The notes: generated from the letters alone by a model not told the origin. A stretch of 64,000 nt of DNA from Cyanophyceae cyanobacterium (GCA_038321985.1 JBBQFN010000018.1:1-64000), one strand, 5' to 3'; shown: positions 1 to 11,509, counted from the stretch's first letter. Made by a program: numbers and translations.

Positions 1-306
1 CTCGTGGCCCCGTGCCGTCTCATCGCCGACAACGCCGGCCTCGAGGGTGCGGTCACGACGCAGCAGGTGGAGGCCGCGACCGGTTCCATCGGTCTGAACG
101 CCGCGACCGGTGAGATGGTCGACCTGGTGAAGGCCGGCATCATCGACCCCGCCAAGGTGACCCGTGCGGCGCTGCAGAACGCGGCGTCGATCGCAGCCCT
201 CGTGCTCACCACCGAGTGCCTGGTCGTCGACAAGCCCGAGAAGTCGGCGCCGGCGATGCCCGGTGGCGGCGGCATGGGTGGCATGGGTGGCATGGGGATG
301 ATGTAA
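1..306 (+). CDS. groEL: Chaperonin GroEL, C-terminal fragment (5'-partial); probably chimeric
   Basis: [21 protein letters not shown]...LTTE motif and GGM-repeat tail; frame open from position 1; much more GC-rich than the rest of the window. Confidence 0.95.
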   Translation, partial: LVAPCRLIADNAGLEGAVTTQQVEAATGSIGLNAATGEMVDLVKAGIIDPAKVTRAALQNAASIAALVLTTECLVVDKPEKSAPAMPGGGGMGGMGGMGMM

Positions 307-415
307 TCCCTCCGTCATTGCTGAGGCCGAATGCCTAGGTAGGGGGGCTTCGTCTCCCTTACTCTAATCCAGTCATGGAACCTTATGTTTTAACTACAGA
401 TTTCGTCCATTTTAG

Positions 416-457
416 AAAAGAGTTAGAGGGGGTTAAGCACTCCTCTAGCTCTTTTTT
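416..457. terminator. Bidirectional intrinsic terminator between convergent groEL and the SnoaL-like gene
   Basis: aaaagagttagaggg...cctctagctctttttt inverted repeat with flanking A/T tracts. Confidence 0.6.
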
Positions 458-843
458 TATCGCAAGATAGGGCTGCCGTGATGATGGATTAGATACCATT
501 TTCCACCCATGTTTTCAAAAATATTTGTGGCATTGGATAAGGATTGGTTTTTACCTCCGCTACTGGTTTGGGTGATTTTTTCAATTAAGACGATATAGGC
601 TAAGTTTCCCTGAGAATCGCTAGATGTAATTTGTAGTTCGATTTCTAGGGATGTGGTGACTTTAAATATTTGCTCCCAAGAAAGGCGGATTTCTTCCCAT
701 CCTTTGAGAATTTTGCGACCAGGATGCACGCACAGACTGGCGATACCTTTGGACCAAATTTCGCTCATGGCGTCCAGATCTTTGGTCTGAAAAGCTCGAT
801 AAAAGGCTAAGTTGGCATCGAGAACGTCGGATTCGGTAGACAT
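457..843 (-). CDS. SnoaL/NTF2-like domain protein
   Basis: ANLAFYRAF...CVHPG...ATNIFE...WYLIHHHGS pattern of the SnoaL_3 family. Confidence 0.85.
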   Translation of the reverse strand: MSTESDVLDANLAFYRAFQTKDLDAMSEIWSKGIASLCVHPGRKILKGWEEIRLSWEQIFKVTTSLEIELQITSSDSQGNLAYIVLIEKITQTSSGGKNQSLSNATNIFENMGGKWYLIHHHGSPILR

Positions 844-910
844 GGTTTTACCCTAAAGGTTTATTTTGATTTATTCTAGGGTAAGCAATGCCATTTAAGA
901 GTTTACCTCT

Positions 911-1933
911 ATGTCGCTACCTGAATCAAGCCGAATTCAATTGACTGAGGATTTGAATATTTGCCGCGTTTTAAATGGAATGTGGCAGGTGTCGGGGGGA
1001 CATGGCCCGATTAACCCGCAACGGGCAGTTGCCGCGATGTTTGACTATGTGGATGCGGGATTTACGACTTGGGACCTAGCGGATCATTATGGTCCGGCGG
1101 AGGATTTTATTGGGGAATTTCGCCGCCAATTGGCTCAAAAACGGGGCGAGGCAGCCCTGGCAAACCTCCAAGCATTTACCAAGTGGGTACCCCGACCGGG
1201 AAACATGACTCGGCAACTGGTGGAAAAGAATATTGATATTTCCTGCAAACGGATGGGGGTGGATTCGTTAGATTTGATGCAGTTCCATTGGTGGGATTAT
1301 CAAGATGATAATTATCTGAATGCTTTGAAGTATATGGGGGAACTTCAGACAGAGGGGAAAATCAAGCATTTAGCCTTAACGAATTTTGATACGGAACATC
1401 TGGAGATTATTGTTGAAAATGGAATTAAAATTGTGTCGAATCAGGTACAGTTTTCTATTTTAGACCGTCGTCCCGAACAGAAGATGGTTCCGTTCTGTTT
1501 GAAACATAATATTAAGTTATTGGCTTATGGGACTTTAGCCGGAGGATTACTTTCAAAACGGTATTTAGGACAGCCAGAACCGAGTCCGCGACTTTTAAAT
1601 ACGGCTTCTTTAAATAAGTATAAAAATATGCAAGGGGGTTGGGGGAGTTGGAGTTTATTTCAAGAGTTGTTGCAAACACTTCAGAAAATTGCTAATCAAT
1701 ATCAAGTGACGATCGCCAATGTAGCAGTGCGATATGTACTCGAAAATCCAGCAATAGCCGGTGCCATTGTGGGAACCCGCTTGGGGGTAGCCGAACATAT
1801 TCAAGATACTGCGAAAGTGTTTGACTTTAGCTTGAGTTCCGAGGATATTCAAAAAATTGATGCCGTCAGCGATCGCGCCCACAATTTATTGGAATTAATC
1901 GGGGACTGCGGGGATGAATATCGCCGTCGTTAA
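911..1933 (+). CDS. Aldo/keto reductase
   Basis: GMWQ, DLADHYG (catalytic D/Y), DLMQFHW and SNQVQFS motifs. Confidence 0.9.
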   Translation: MSLPESSRIQLTEDLNICRVLNGMWQVSGGHGPINPQRAVAAMFDYVDAGFTTWDLADHYGPAEDFIGEFRRQLAQKRGEAALANLQAFTKWVPRPGNMTRQLVEKNIDISCKRMGVDSLDLMQFHWWDYQDDNYLNALKYMGELQTEGKIKHLALTNFDTEHLEIIVENGIKIVSNQVQFSILDRRPEQKMVPFCLKHNIKLLAYGTLAGGLLSKRYLGQPEPSPRLLNTASLNKYKNMQGGWGSWSLFQELLQTLQKIANQYQVTIANVAVRYVLENPAIAGAIVGTRLGVAEHIQDTAKVFDFSLSSEDIQKIDAVSDRAHNLLELIGDCGDEYRRR

Positions 1934-2153
1934 CCCCGGGGGCGATTTTTGGTTTTCGCGAAAGCAAACTCGGAGTGAAGGGCGATCGCACTACAGATTT
2001 GGAATCCACAAACCCCCAATTATAGACGGATCTTGAATCTTGTCGTCATCTAAAATGGCGGATTACCCTCCCCACAGTAACTTAAAAATCCTCAGTCTCG
2101 CACCGCCCCCAGATGTTAGAATAAATTGGCGAATCTGGTAATTTCTCTTAAAC

Positions 2154-3278
2154 ATGACAGTATCTAAGGTAACGTTTGCCAAAAGCAAGGGGTTCTGGAA
2201 AGAACTCAACGGTCGAGTTGAAGCCTATTTTCAGGGGGAAAACATCCCAAAACGAGATTGTCCACAGATGTACCTGAAAACCCTAATTCTCGTTTTATGG
2301 ATGATTGGGGCTTACAGTTTTACTCTATTTGGTCCGGCTGGAATTGCCTTTAAAATTCTAGGCTGTATGGTTCTCGGCGCGGGATTGGCTGGTTTTGCTT
2401 TTTGTGTGGGTCACGATGCCAATCACGGCGGATATTCTAATCATAAATGGGTGAATGATAGTCTAGGATTAACCTACGATGCAATCGGGCTTTCGAGTTA
2501 CTTATGGAAGTTCCGCCATAACTATCTCCACCACACCTACACCAACATTCTGAATCACGATGTCGAAATTCATGGGGATGGCTTAGTCAGAATGGCCCCA
2601 GATATGCCTCACGAATGGTATCATAAATTCCAACATTTGTTTATCTGGTTTATTTATCCCCTCATTCCTTTGTATTGGTCCTTTTGCGATGTACAAATTA
2701 TTTTGTTCAAACGCAAATATCATGATCATGATCTTCCTAAAATTTCCCCGGCTACTCTAGCAACCTTGCTTCTGGGTAAGGTAGTTTGGTTAGGGCTTTT
2801 TGTGGGAATTCCCATAGCGGTTGGATACAGTCCCTTAACGGTTATTTTGGGGTTTGTTCTGACTTATTTTACCTACGGAGTGTTAATTTGTGAAGTATTC
2901 ATGCTGGCTCATGTGATGGATACTGCCGAATTTATTATTCCCGAACCCGAACGCAACCATGTGGATGATGAATGGGCGATTTTCCAAGTTCGCACGACGG
3001 TTGATTTTGCCCCCAATAACGCTTTTTGCAATTGGTATATGGGGGGATTAAACTATCAAGTTGTCCATCATTTATATCCCCATATTTCTCACATTCATTA
3101 TCCTCAAATTTCTAAAATTTTAAAGGGAGTTTGTGAAGAATTTGGGATTAAGTATCAAATCCATGAAACCTTAACGGGGGCCATGATTTCTAATTACAAC
3201 TGGTTAAAAGCAATGAGCATTCCCCCGAAAACTCCGGCAACCCCTTCTCGGGAGTTAGCCAGTAATTTAGCAAAGTAA
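2154..3278 (+). CDS. desD: Delta-6 acyl-lipid desaturase
   Basis: Three His boxes HDANH, HNYLHH, QVVHH (front-end type); close resemblance to cyanobacterial DesD as I recall it. Confidence 0.85.
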   Translation: MTVSKVTFAKSKGFWKELNGRVEAYFQGENIPKRDCPQMYLKTLILVLWMIGAYSFTLFGPAGIAFKILGCMVLGAGLAGFAFCVGHDANHGGYSNHKWVNDSLGLTYDAIGLSSYLWKFRHNYLHHTYTNILNHDVEIHGDGLVRMAPDMPHEWYHKFQHLFIWFIYPLIPLYWSFCDVQIILFKRKYHDHDLPKISPATLATLLLGKVVWLGLFVGIPIAVGYSPLTVILGFVLTYFTYGVLICEVFMLAHVMDTAEFIIPEPERNHVDDEWAIFQVRTTVDFAPNNAFCNWYMGGLNYQVVHHLYPHISHIHYPQISKILKGVCEEFGIKYQIHETLTGAMISNYNWLKAMSIPPKTPATPSRELASNLAK

Positions 3279-3368
3279 ATCATTCCCTATTCCCTAACTC
3301 TATTCGCTTCCTCTTTTAATTAGGGGAAGGAAGAGCAGTAAAGAGACGGGTTTGATTTTATGACATCA

Positions 3369-3393
3369 GTAGGGTAGGCAATGCCCACCCTAC
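3369..3393. repeat. REP-like palindrome (GTAG-type)
   Basis: gtagggtaggcaatgcccaccctac imperfect palindrome in an intergenic region. Confidence 0.7.
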
Positions 3394-3512
3394 TCCTTAC
3401 AACTAACCGGAAGTAGAGAGGAGAGGCCGTAAATGAAATTACCCCTCTTCCTAATCTTAAAAGGGTGATTAAATCCCAGACAAACGTAACAGAAACAAGA
3501 GGAAAACAACGG

Positions 3513-3851
3513 GTGAAAAAGCGACTAATCGGGACCGTTTTTATGGTAATGACTGCGATCGCACTTCTCTGGATGCAACCGGCAATAGCAGCAACTTCGG
3601 GGGATGGTGTTCAAATTTTTAGCGTTCACTGTGTGGGTTGTCATGCCAATGGTGGTAATATTATTCGCCGGGGAAAAAACCTTAAACTTAAAGCATTAAC
3701 CAAAAATCATGTAGATACAACCGAGGCGATCGCCCAGTTAATTGCCCAGGGAAAAAACCCCATGCCTGCCTACAATGATCGATTAAGCAGTCCCGAAATA
3801 AAAGCCGTTGCTGCTTATGTCCTAGAACAGGCAAACATGGGCTGGAAATAA
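3513..3851 (+). CDS. Cytochrome c6-like protein (c6B/c6C-type paralog)
   Basis: Signal peptide, CVGCH heme motif, GKNPMPAY axial Met; likely GTG start at 3513 after a gagg SD. Confidence 0.85.
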   Translation: MKKRLIGTVFMVMTAIALLWMQPAIAATSGDGVQIFSVHCVGCHANGGNIIRRGKNLKLKALTKNHVDTTEAIAQLIAQGKNPMPAYNDRLSSPEIKAVAAYVLEQANMGWK

Positions 3852-3857
3852 TACCGC

Positions 3858-6800
3858 CTAATCTTCTATTTCTGGCGGATTTAAATCCATATTTACCGGC
3901 AACCACAATGTAAAAACAGACCCTTTTTGAGTTTCACTTTTGACGACAATTTCACCGCCCATCATCTGACAAAATCGTTGAGAAATTGCCAGTCCTAACC
4001 CGGTCCCGCCATACTTGCGAGTGGTAGAAGCATCAGCTTGGCTAAAGGCTTCAAAAATGTTTTCAAGTTGTTCCGGAGAAATGCCAATGCCGGTATCGGT
4101 AACGCGAAACTCAATTCCCGGAACATTCTCCCGAGAAGAGTTAGGAGTGATAGAATCTCTCACCCACTCCACAAATTGACGCGGAGTAACAGTTAAGGCA
4201 ATAGTCCCGTTTTCGGTAAATTTTGCCGCATTACTGAGCAGATTGAATAAAATTTGCCGCAGTTTTGTTAAGTCTCCGGTCATAATCCCTATGGATTCAT
4301 CACAAATCAATTCTAAGTGATTGCCATTTTTTTCAATTAAGGGTTCAACGGTACTCATCACCTCAGAAATCAGCAGATTGACATCGAACGGTTCTAGATA
4401 AAGGGTCATCCGTCCAGCTTCAATTTTAGAGATATCTAAGATATCATTAATCAGAGCTAGAAGGTGTTTCCCAGCGGTTTTAATTTTCGTGAGGTCAGCG
4501 ATCGCTTGGTTATCTCCTGCATCTTCCATTTCTTCAGTTAATATTTCACTATAGCCAATAATGGCATTCAGGGGAGTGCGAAGCTCATGGCTCATATTGG
4601 CAAGAAAGGTACTTTTAGAACGACTGGCTGCCTCGGCTGCATGGAGTGCCTTTTTTAGGTCTTGTTCCGCGCGAACCCGGTGGGAAATGTCCGTACTAAT
4701 CGAGATCAGTCCGACAATATTACCCGTTGGGTCCTTAATCGCATCGGCACTCAAAAGAACGGGAATGATGCGATCGTTTTTCGTACGTTGCATGACTTCA
4801 CCACTCCAAGAATCTCCCTGCATAATAGTTTCAAATACCTCCGTTCCCAGGTTAGGGTCGGCAAAGACTCTCAGAGGTCCTCCGGCAATATTTAACTCCT
4901 GGGGGCTATCGTATTCATAAAGGTGAGAAAAGGCAGGATTTTGATAGATATGGCATCCGAACCGATTGGAGATGGCGATCGCATCCCCAGAACTTTCTAC
5001 CGCCTTGCGCGTCAGAATCAATTCCGACTCTGCTTCTTTCCGGGCGGTGATATCTTCCACCATGGCGATCGCAAACTGAGGGGTTTGCCCTTTTCCAGAA
5101 ACGAGAGAAACACTCAACCGACCCCAAATTCGACTGCCATCTTTACAGCGATATCGTTTCTCAATTTGATAACCATTACGCTGTCCCGTTGCCATTTCTT
5201 GACCCCGTGACTGTTCCGCACTTCGGTCTAACAAATCGCTGAATTCGAGGCAATTTTTCCCCTGGATTTCCTCGTGAGAATAGCCTAACATTGAGTGGAA
5301 TGCAGGGTTGCTATCCAGAATCTGCCAATCCAAAGTCCGCACCACAATTCCAATCGCTGCGCCTTCAAAAATTGCCCGGAAACGTTGCTCACTCTCTCGC
5401 AAAGCCGCTTCAAAATTCGAGCGTTCGATAATTTCTACCCGCAACTGTTCCAAGCTACTATTCAGTTCAGCGGTGCGCTGTTTGACCCGGCGTTCGAGTT
5501 CAGTATTGGCATTATTAAGCGCCACCTCCGCCAGCTTGTGATCCGTAATATCCCGGGAATTAATGACTAACCCATTCACCGCCGGTTCGTCCAACAAATT
5601 ACACCCAATTGATTCAAAATATAAGCACTCTCCATTGGCACGATGCACCCGATACTCAATTTTCATAATCAAGTCGGGATGGTTACTGAGCATCTGATAG
5701 GTCTGGTTCACTTTTTTCACATCATCGGGGTGAACAAAGACAGTCGCATGATGACCGATAATTTCTTCGGGATAGTAACCGAGAATACGCTCGATAGAAG
5801 GGCTGTGATAGCGGATTGTGCCGTCGGTTTCTAGGAGAGTCATCATATCCGAGCTATTTTGAATCAGCGATCGCCACTTCGCTTCGCTTTCGGTGAGCGC
5901 TTTTTCAGCTAACTTGCGATCGGTAATATCAACCATCACCCCTTCCCAGAGAATATCTCCATTCTCCTGTCGTTCCGGTCGGGCCACACATTGCAACCAC
6001 TTGAGGTTACCCGAGGGCATGATAAACCGTCCTTCCCATCGCCACGGTTCCATCTGTTGGATTTTAGAGGCGATCGTGCGATCGTAACTGCCTCGGTCCT
6101 CGGGATGAATCATCTCTCCTAGAATTTCTGGATGCTGCTTCATATATTCGGGTTCTACCTCCATCATATCGAGGCAACCCGAGGATAAAAAGGGAAAAGA
6201 AACCGTCCCATCGGGATGGCTAACAGACTGATAAATCAATCCCGGAATATTATCCGCTAACTTTTGAAACCGGGCTTCACTTTGTTCTAAAGCGCGAATA
6301 GCTACAAACTTTTCCGTTACATCCTGCACCAGAGAAGCCACTCCCATCATCCGACCCTCAGCGTCTACTAATGGAGTGTTGTGCCACTCACAAATAATCA
6401 CCCGACCGTCTTTCGTTTGATTTTCATTGGTACTATAACTCCCGCCTTCTTGACTTAATAGTGCTTGTAATACTGCGGCGTTCACTTGATGTTGAACCTT
6501 CTCAGGAATCAAATCTAAAGCATGATGCCCCAGGATTTCATCCCGGGTATAGCCAAAGAGTCTTTCGGCGGCGTGGTTCCAATTGCTCACTTCAAAATTC
6601 AAGTTCCACTCGATCGCCGCCAAAGGAGTTTGCTGGACGTGGATCGCCAGTTTTTGCTCGGATTCTCGGAGTGCCGCCTCTGCCTGCTTGCGATGGGTAA
6701 TATCCGTCGCGGTGCCAGTGGTGCCAATGATAGAGCCAAATTTATCGCGGATCAAGACTGCATTGTAACTCAGAAAAACCGGCGTCCCATCTTGGCGTCG

Positions 6801-7469
6801 ATGTTCAGTTTCGTAAGGAAAAACCGACTCCCCAGCTTGCAGGCGCTCAAAGATTTGCCTATCTTTTTCTCCCTGTTCCGGTTCCATAAACTCGAAAAAA
6901 AAGCGTCCTAGCATCTCCTGGGGGGCATACCCGTAAATCTCCGTAACGGCAGGGTTGACAAAGGTCCACCGGCCCTCTGGATCTAGAGTCCAAATTAAAT
7001 CCCGAGAGGTTTCGACCAGATTGCGGTAATGCCGCTCACTTTGATGGAGTGCCGCTTCTAACTCTTGCTGTTCGGTGATATCTCGACCGACAGCGTAGCT
7101 AATGCTATCTTGATAGTGGCAAGTTTTCCAGGCGAACCAGCGATACGTTCCATTTTTATGGAGGTAGCGATTTTTAATCGATACCTCTGAGTTTTGAAAG
7201 GTTTGTTTATTGAAGTCTAAAGCGCATTTTCGATCATCAGGATGGAGAAAATCCAGCCAAGGTCGCCCCAACAATTCTTCTGGGGTCCATCCTAGGATAT
7301 GAGTCCATACTGGATTAATCCGCTTGAAATAGCCATCGGTTCCGATAATGCAAAATAAATCGGCAGAGAGTTTAAAAAAAATAGTGGAGACAAGGTGAAT
7401 CGCCTCAGTCTCTGTTTTGCTGCTATTAAGTGCTTCATGAAAGCGATGAGAGTCCCCTGGTCCGTTCAT
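3858..7469 (-). CDS. Multi-PAS sensor histidine kinase
   Basis: About 7 PAS/PAC repeats (DIT.RK.AE ends), [15 protein letters not shown]-box, N/G1/F/G2 boxes. Confidence 0.95.
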   Translation of the reverse strand: MNGPGDSHRFHEALNSSKTETEAIHLVSTIFFKLSADLFCIIGTDGYFKRINPVWTHILGWTPEELLGRPWLDFLHPDDRKCALDFNKQTFQNSEVSIKNRYLHKNGTYRWFAWKTCHYQDSISYAVGRDITEQQELEAALHQSERHYRNLVETSRDLIWTLDPEGRWTFVNPAVTEIYGYAPQEMLGRFFFEFMEPEQGEKDRQIFERLQAGESVFPYETEHRRQDGTPVFLSYNAVLIRDKFGSIIGTTGTATDITHRKQAEAALRESEQKLAIHVQQTPLAAIEWNLNFEVSNWNHAAERLFGYTRDEILGHHALDLIPEKVQHQVNAAVLQALLSQEGGSYSTNENQTKDGRVIICEWHNTPLVDAEGRMMGVASLVQDVTEKFVAIRALEQSEARFQKLADNIPGLIYQSVSHPDGTVSFPFLSSGCLDMMEVEPEYMKQHPEILGEMIHPEDRGSYDRTIASKIQQMEPWRWEGRFIMPSGNLKWLQCVARPERQENGDILWEGVMVDITDRKLAEKALTESEAKWRSLIQNSSDMMTLLETDGTIRYHSPSIERILGYYPEEIIGHHATVFVHPDDVKKVNQTYQMLSNHPDLIMKIEYRVHRANGECLYFESIGCNLLDEPAVNGLVINSRDITDHKLAEVALNNANTELERRVKQRTAELNSSLEQLRVEIIERSNFEAALRESEQRFRAIFEGAAIGIVVRTLDWQILDSNPAFHSMLGYSHEEIQGKNCLEFSDLLDRSAEQSRGQEMATGQRNGYQIEKRYRCKDGSRIWGRLSVSLVSGKGQTPQFAIAMVEDITARKEAESELILTRKAVESSGDAIAISNRFGCHIYQNPAFSHLYEYDSPQELNIAGGPLRVFADPNLGTEVFETIMQGDSWSGEVMQRTKNDRIIPVLLSADAIKDPTGNIVGLISISTDISHRVRAEQDLKKALHAAEAASRSKSTFLANMSHELRTPLNAIIGYSEILTEEMEDAGDNQAIADLTKIKTAGKHLLALINDILDISKIEAGRMTLYLEPFDVNLLISEVMSTVEPLIEKNGNHLELICDESIGIMTGDLTKLRQILFNLLSNAAKFTENGTIALTVTPRQFVEWVRDSITPNSSRENVPGIEFRVTDTGIGISPEQLENIFEAFSQADASTTRKYGGTGLGLAISQRFCQMMGGEIVVKSETQKGSVFTLWLPVNMDLNPPEIED

Positions 7470-7898
7470 ACCTTTGTTTTGCCAATCGTGTTACTACATC
7501 TGAAGAGTCTGTTTATCCCCATTCGAGCGATCGCCTCCCCTGGCATTGTGGGTAGGGTTGCCGAATTGTTTTAACCCATCTGTTTTGAAATGGGTAGGGA
7601 TGGCTACTATTTCTAGATTGAAGAAAATAGGAACTCAAAAAAGTAGATGGCCCTGTAAAATCGCTTTTTCCTAAATTCTATTCTCTGTACTCTGAAAATC
7701 CCCTAGCTCCTGCATCCAGTCTCTCTAAATTATCTCGATCCCCAGTTTCAAGCCAATTCTGTGGTTTGATAGCAAAGCCTCTGGTCAGGGAAAAAGTCCC
7801 TGGCCCGAAATCGGTCGCTGATTTAAACTCGGTATATTCCTATTTCTAAAGCTAATCTTAGTTTGGCAAAATCAACGAGGATTAGTCAAGCATCGCGT

Positions 7899-8600
7899 CT
7901 AATCCTCGAATTTATAGCCCACACCAATAACGGTTTTAATAAAGGAAGGATTTGCCGGATCCGGTTCAATTTTTTTTCGCAAGCGGGCCACATGAGTATC
8001 GACAACCCGTTCATCTCCGAAAAAGTCATCCCCCCATAGTTTTTCTATCAGTTGCGATCGCTGCCAAACACGCCCAGGATAGCTCAAAAAAGTGGAAAGT
8101 AGATTAAACTCCAAAGTAGTTAAATCCAACGTTTCCAACGCCTGGTTTTTGAGGTGACACGTAGCAATGCGGCGGTCCACATCTACCATAAAATGTTCGG
8201 TTTGGTAAACTTGAGAACTCTGGGTTCCTTGGCGCAGACTTCTGCGTAACAATGCCCGTACCCGCGCCACCAATTCTCGGGGACTGAACGGTTTAACCAT
8301 ATAATCATCCGCCCCGGTGGATAACCCAATCACCCGGTCAATTTCCTCCCCTCGGGCGGTCAAAACCAAAATATAGGGGTCTTTGGGTCCCGGTTGTTGG
8401 CGGATGCGAGCACAGACTTCTAAGCCATCTAATCCGGGTAACATTAAGTCCAGGACAATCAAATCTGGCTGTTCCTGTTCAAATAAGCGCAGGGCGGTTA
8501 AGCCATCTCGACAACTGATGCACTGAAAGCCTTCGGCTTCTAATGCCCGTCCGACAATTCGAGCAATTTCTGGTTCATCCTCAACGATTAAAATTTTCAT
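7899..8600 (-). CDS. OmpR-family response regulator
   Basis: Receiver domain (ILIVEDE, LDLMLP, KPF) plus winged helix (VDTHVARLRKK, TVIGVGY). Confidence 0.95.
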   Translation of the reverse strand: MKILIVEDEPEIARIVGRALEAEGFQCISCRDGLTALRLFEQEQPDLIVLDLMLPGLDGLEVCARIRQQPGPKDPYILVLTARGEEIDRVIGLSTGADDYMVKPFSPRELVARVRALLRRSLRQGTQSSQVYQTEHFMVDVDRRIATCHLKNQALETLDLTTLEFNLLSTFLSYPGRVWQRSQLIEKLWGDDFFGDERVVDTHVARLRKKIEPDPANPSFIKTVIGVGYKFED

Positions 8601-8620
8601 AACCGGGGCACTCGCCTCCC

Positions 8621-10843
8621 TTAACGGACCGGAGTCGGACGGGAATGGGTGGGAGTATCAACAGCCGGGGCGATCGCCACGTCCTGAGTTTTTTCTAGGG
8701 TATGTCTTTTTTCCGGGTAAACCGCCAAATCAAACCAAAATGTAGTTCCCACTCCAACTTCGCTGATTAAATGTACCGGAGCATGATGCTTTTCCATAAT
8801 ATTGCGGACAATGGAGAGACCCAACCCTGTCCCTTCTAAAGTATGAACCCGGTTTTCCACCCGGAAGAAGCGATCGAAAATCGCCGCTTGGTCTTCTGGG
8901 GCAATGCCGATCCCTGTATCCCCGACTTCAATCCGCACCATCGGAACCGTAGTTTTCGGGGGCTGGTTGGGGAGGAGACATTGGGGATTCCCCTGCCAGG
9001 CGTTGCTCTCTTCATTTTCTAGTAAGTAGGCCCGAATCGCAATTCGTCCCCCCGGTTCCGTGAACTTGAGGGCATTCCCCACCAAGTTTGCAAATACCTG
9101 TAATAGCAAATCATAGTTAGCCACCACCGAGGGCAACTCGCGATCAACCTCTTGAATCAGGTCGATATTTTTATCTTTAGCATTGAGTTGATAGGTTCGC
9201 AGGGTTTGCTCAACAGGTTGAGCAATTTCCACCGCTTCAAAATGATAAGTCCGGCTGGATTCTAGACGGGAGAGGTCCAGAACATCGTTAACTAGGCGGG
9301 TGAGGCGATCGGTTTCTCGGTTGGCGGTTTCTAGGAACTCCTGGCGCTCCTCTTGGGTGAGTTCTTCCCCATATTCATGCAACGTTTCAATGAAGGACTT
9401 GATATTAAATAAAGGCGTTCTCAGTTCATGGGAAACATTGCTGATAAATTGACTCTTTGCCTCATTGAGTTTGACCTCTCGGGTGATATCTTGCACCGTC
9501 ATAGCAATGCCTTTGAGACTCTCTCGATATTGCGCTGTCGCCGATGAAATCGAGTCATCATGATAGAGAGTACATTCCGTAGCGTTAGGACGTTCTGGGG
9601 TTGTACAGCTATCGTCATGATGGTAGGTGCAACTCTTACATAACGGATCGATTCCAGGGGCTTTATGCAACAGCACCGTACTGAGCAAAATCCGTACTGT
9701 GCGCTTCGTCGGTTCGCTCAGGGTGAGGCGAAACTCACCACTCTCGCGGGAGGCGTAACCGTTAGCGGAAACATCCCCATCCCCCTCATTAGAGGAAAGC
9801 TCTCGCAGGGAATCCCCCGCCGCCATTTCATACAGGGGCTGAGTCAACTCCGCACTCACCGCCGCCGGGAGCAAATCTAGGATATTTTGAGAAATTAGGT
9901 TTTTACCTTCCCACCCGAAAATCCGCCGTGCGGTGGGGTTAACTAAAATCACCTGTAAGGAAGTATCTAATAAAACAGCTCCATCGGCGATCGTGGAAAC
10001 CAGAGTTTCTAATTTGGCTTTTTCGGCGGTGAGTTCTTCAATGTTTTGCTCCTCATACCGTTCTAGCCGTTCGGCCATCTCGTTAAAGCTACAGATTAAT
10101 TCTCCGAGTTCGCCTTGCAGGGGCAGGTCAATCCGCTGCTTGAAGTTTCCAGCGGCAATGTTTTTTACGCCCACGAGCAATTCTTTAATGGGTTTGGTAA
10201 TGGTCAAGGCATTAAAAACCGCCCCTAAAATGACCATCACCCAGATGGAGACAAAAACGGCAATGGTTACGTCTCGGGTGAGGTTGGAGGAGGTAACCAC
10301 CGTGGGATTGGGGTTAATCCCGATCGCCAAGACGCCCAAATACTTGCTTTCGTGAACCAGAGGGACAAATACATCGGTCACAGTGCCATCCGGGGTGCGA
10401 TGCTGTCGGACCATGGGCAAGTCGTAAGTGTTGGCAAATCCTTCGGGAAGTTGGATCCGCCGCTGGAGGGTTAGAGAGTTTTGGACCTCAGATTGGGAGA
10501 AGGGAATCCCCAGGAAGATTTGGCCCTCTTTATCCGCATAAAGCATATAGCGCACGCTGGTGGTGCTGCTATAGAACCGATGAGAAAAGCGGGCTACTTC
10601 CGTGCGATTATCTTCAGCAATTAACGGGGCGACATTGGCCGCGAGTAACAGTCCCAAATCTCGACCGAAGCGGGTGTCATTGATTCGGGCATCCTGCTGA
10701 ATGGTATTGACAGCCCAAAAAGTGAGTCCACTCATAATGAGGGACACAACCAGGGTGGCCGCTGCCATCAGTCGGGTCTGGAGGGTGAACTCGGACCACC
10801 AACGAGCAATCATTTCTCGGATGTTGTTTAGTAGAGCCAGCAA
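8621..10843 (-). CDS. nblS: Sensor histidine kinase NblS/Hik33 (DspA) with internal insertions
   Basis: WWSEFTLQTRLMAAATLVVS N-terminus, TM-HAMP-PAS-His[20 protein letters not shown]; next to purD as commonly seen. Confidence 0.92.
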   Translation of the reverse strand: MLALLNNIREMIARWWSEFTLQTRLMAAATLVVSLIMSGLTFWAVNTIQQDARINDTRFGRDLGLLLAANVAPLIAEDNRTEVARFSHRFYSSTTSVRYMLYADKEGQIFLGIPFSQSEVQNSLTLQRRIQLPEGFANTYDLPMVRQHRTPDGTVTDVFVPLVHESKYLGVLAIGINPNPTVVTSSNLTRDVTIAVFVSIWVMVILGAVFNALTITKPIKELLVGVKNIAAGNFKQRIDLPLQGELGELICSFNEMAERLERYEEQNIEELTAEKAKLETLVSTIADGAVLLDTSLQVILVNPTARRIFGWEGKNLISQNILDLLPAAVSAELTQPLYEMAAGDSLRELSSNEGDGDVSANGYASRESGEFRLTLSEPTKRTVRILLSTVLLHKAPGIDPLCKSCTYHHDDSCTTPERPNATECTLYHDDSISSATAQYRESLKGIAMTVQDITREVKLNEAKSQFISNVSHELRTPLFNIKSFIETLHEYGEELTQEERQEFLETANRETDRLTRLVNDVLDLSRLESSRTYHFEAVEIAQPVEQTLRTYQLNAKDKNIDLIQEVDRELPSVVANYDLLLQVFANLVGNALKFTEPGGRIAIRAYLLENEESNAWQGNPQCLLPNQPPKTTVPMVRIEVGDTGIGIAPEDQAAIFDRFFRVENRVHTLEGTGLGLSIVRNIMEKHHAPVHLISEVGVGTTFWFDLAVYPEKRHTLEKTQDVAIAPAVDTPTHSRPTPVR

Positions 10844-11365
10844 GGTTCTTTCTATCCGGTGGAAGGCAATGATGAGAGAGGGGACAAAACGGTGAGGCTC
10901 GGGTTCCGGTCTTCAGAGGCGATCGCTCTAGCTGGAGGTCACAAGCCCGTTTTCTAGGGGTAAGTCTATAGCTATTGTGGCACGTTCTGAGGTTTTGGGA
11001 TAATGGGGCGCAGCTTTTTAGCGGGCGATCGGTCCAAACCTCTCCCAACTTGAGACCGACTTTATGAGCACAAGTCCTTCACCGTAGGCCCGTTATCCCG
11101 CTAATCTTCTCCCTATAGCTGATTTATATATCGGACGGCTTTAGGGTTTCCCTCAAGAGGGCACCCGCCCCAAAACTATCCTACGGAGTTGGCAACTCAT
11201 CGGTGTTGAAAGGTTCCAAACGGGACTCGTTGAGAGCTTCTATAAAGTGAGTCTAAATCATTCGGACAAGCGGACTGAGGATTGGGAGCATCTCGCTCCC
11301 TTGTAGTGGTATGGAGCTAGAGTATTTCACCCGTATCTAATAACTGTCCCAATGATTTAGATGAG

Positions 11366-11509
11366 CTAGAGCAATAACGTATTCAATTTTCGGATTGGTG
11401 CGGAACCGTTGAAAAACAGCCAGTAGCAAATAGCCCCCGGAAAAACTATGACACCTAATAGGGTACTGATTTTGAGAACGAGGTTTATTTCATCTATGAT
11501 TTTTTTCAT
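11366..11509 (-). CDS. Putative 47-aa single-TM small protein
   Basis: AAAGGAGGT SD 6 nt before ATG at 11509; hydrophobic stretch ISTLLGVIVFPGAICYWLFF. Confidence 0.5.
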   Translation of the reverse strand: MKKIIDEINLVLKISTLLGVIVFPGAICYWLFFNGSAPIRKLNTLLL

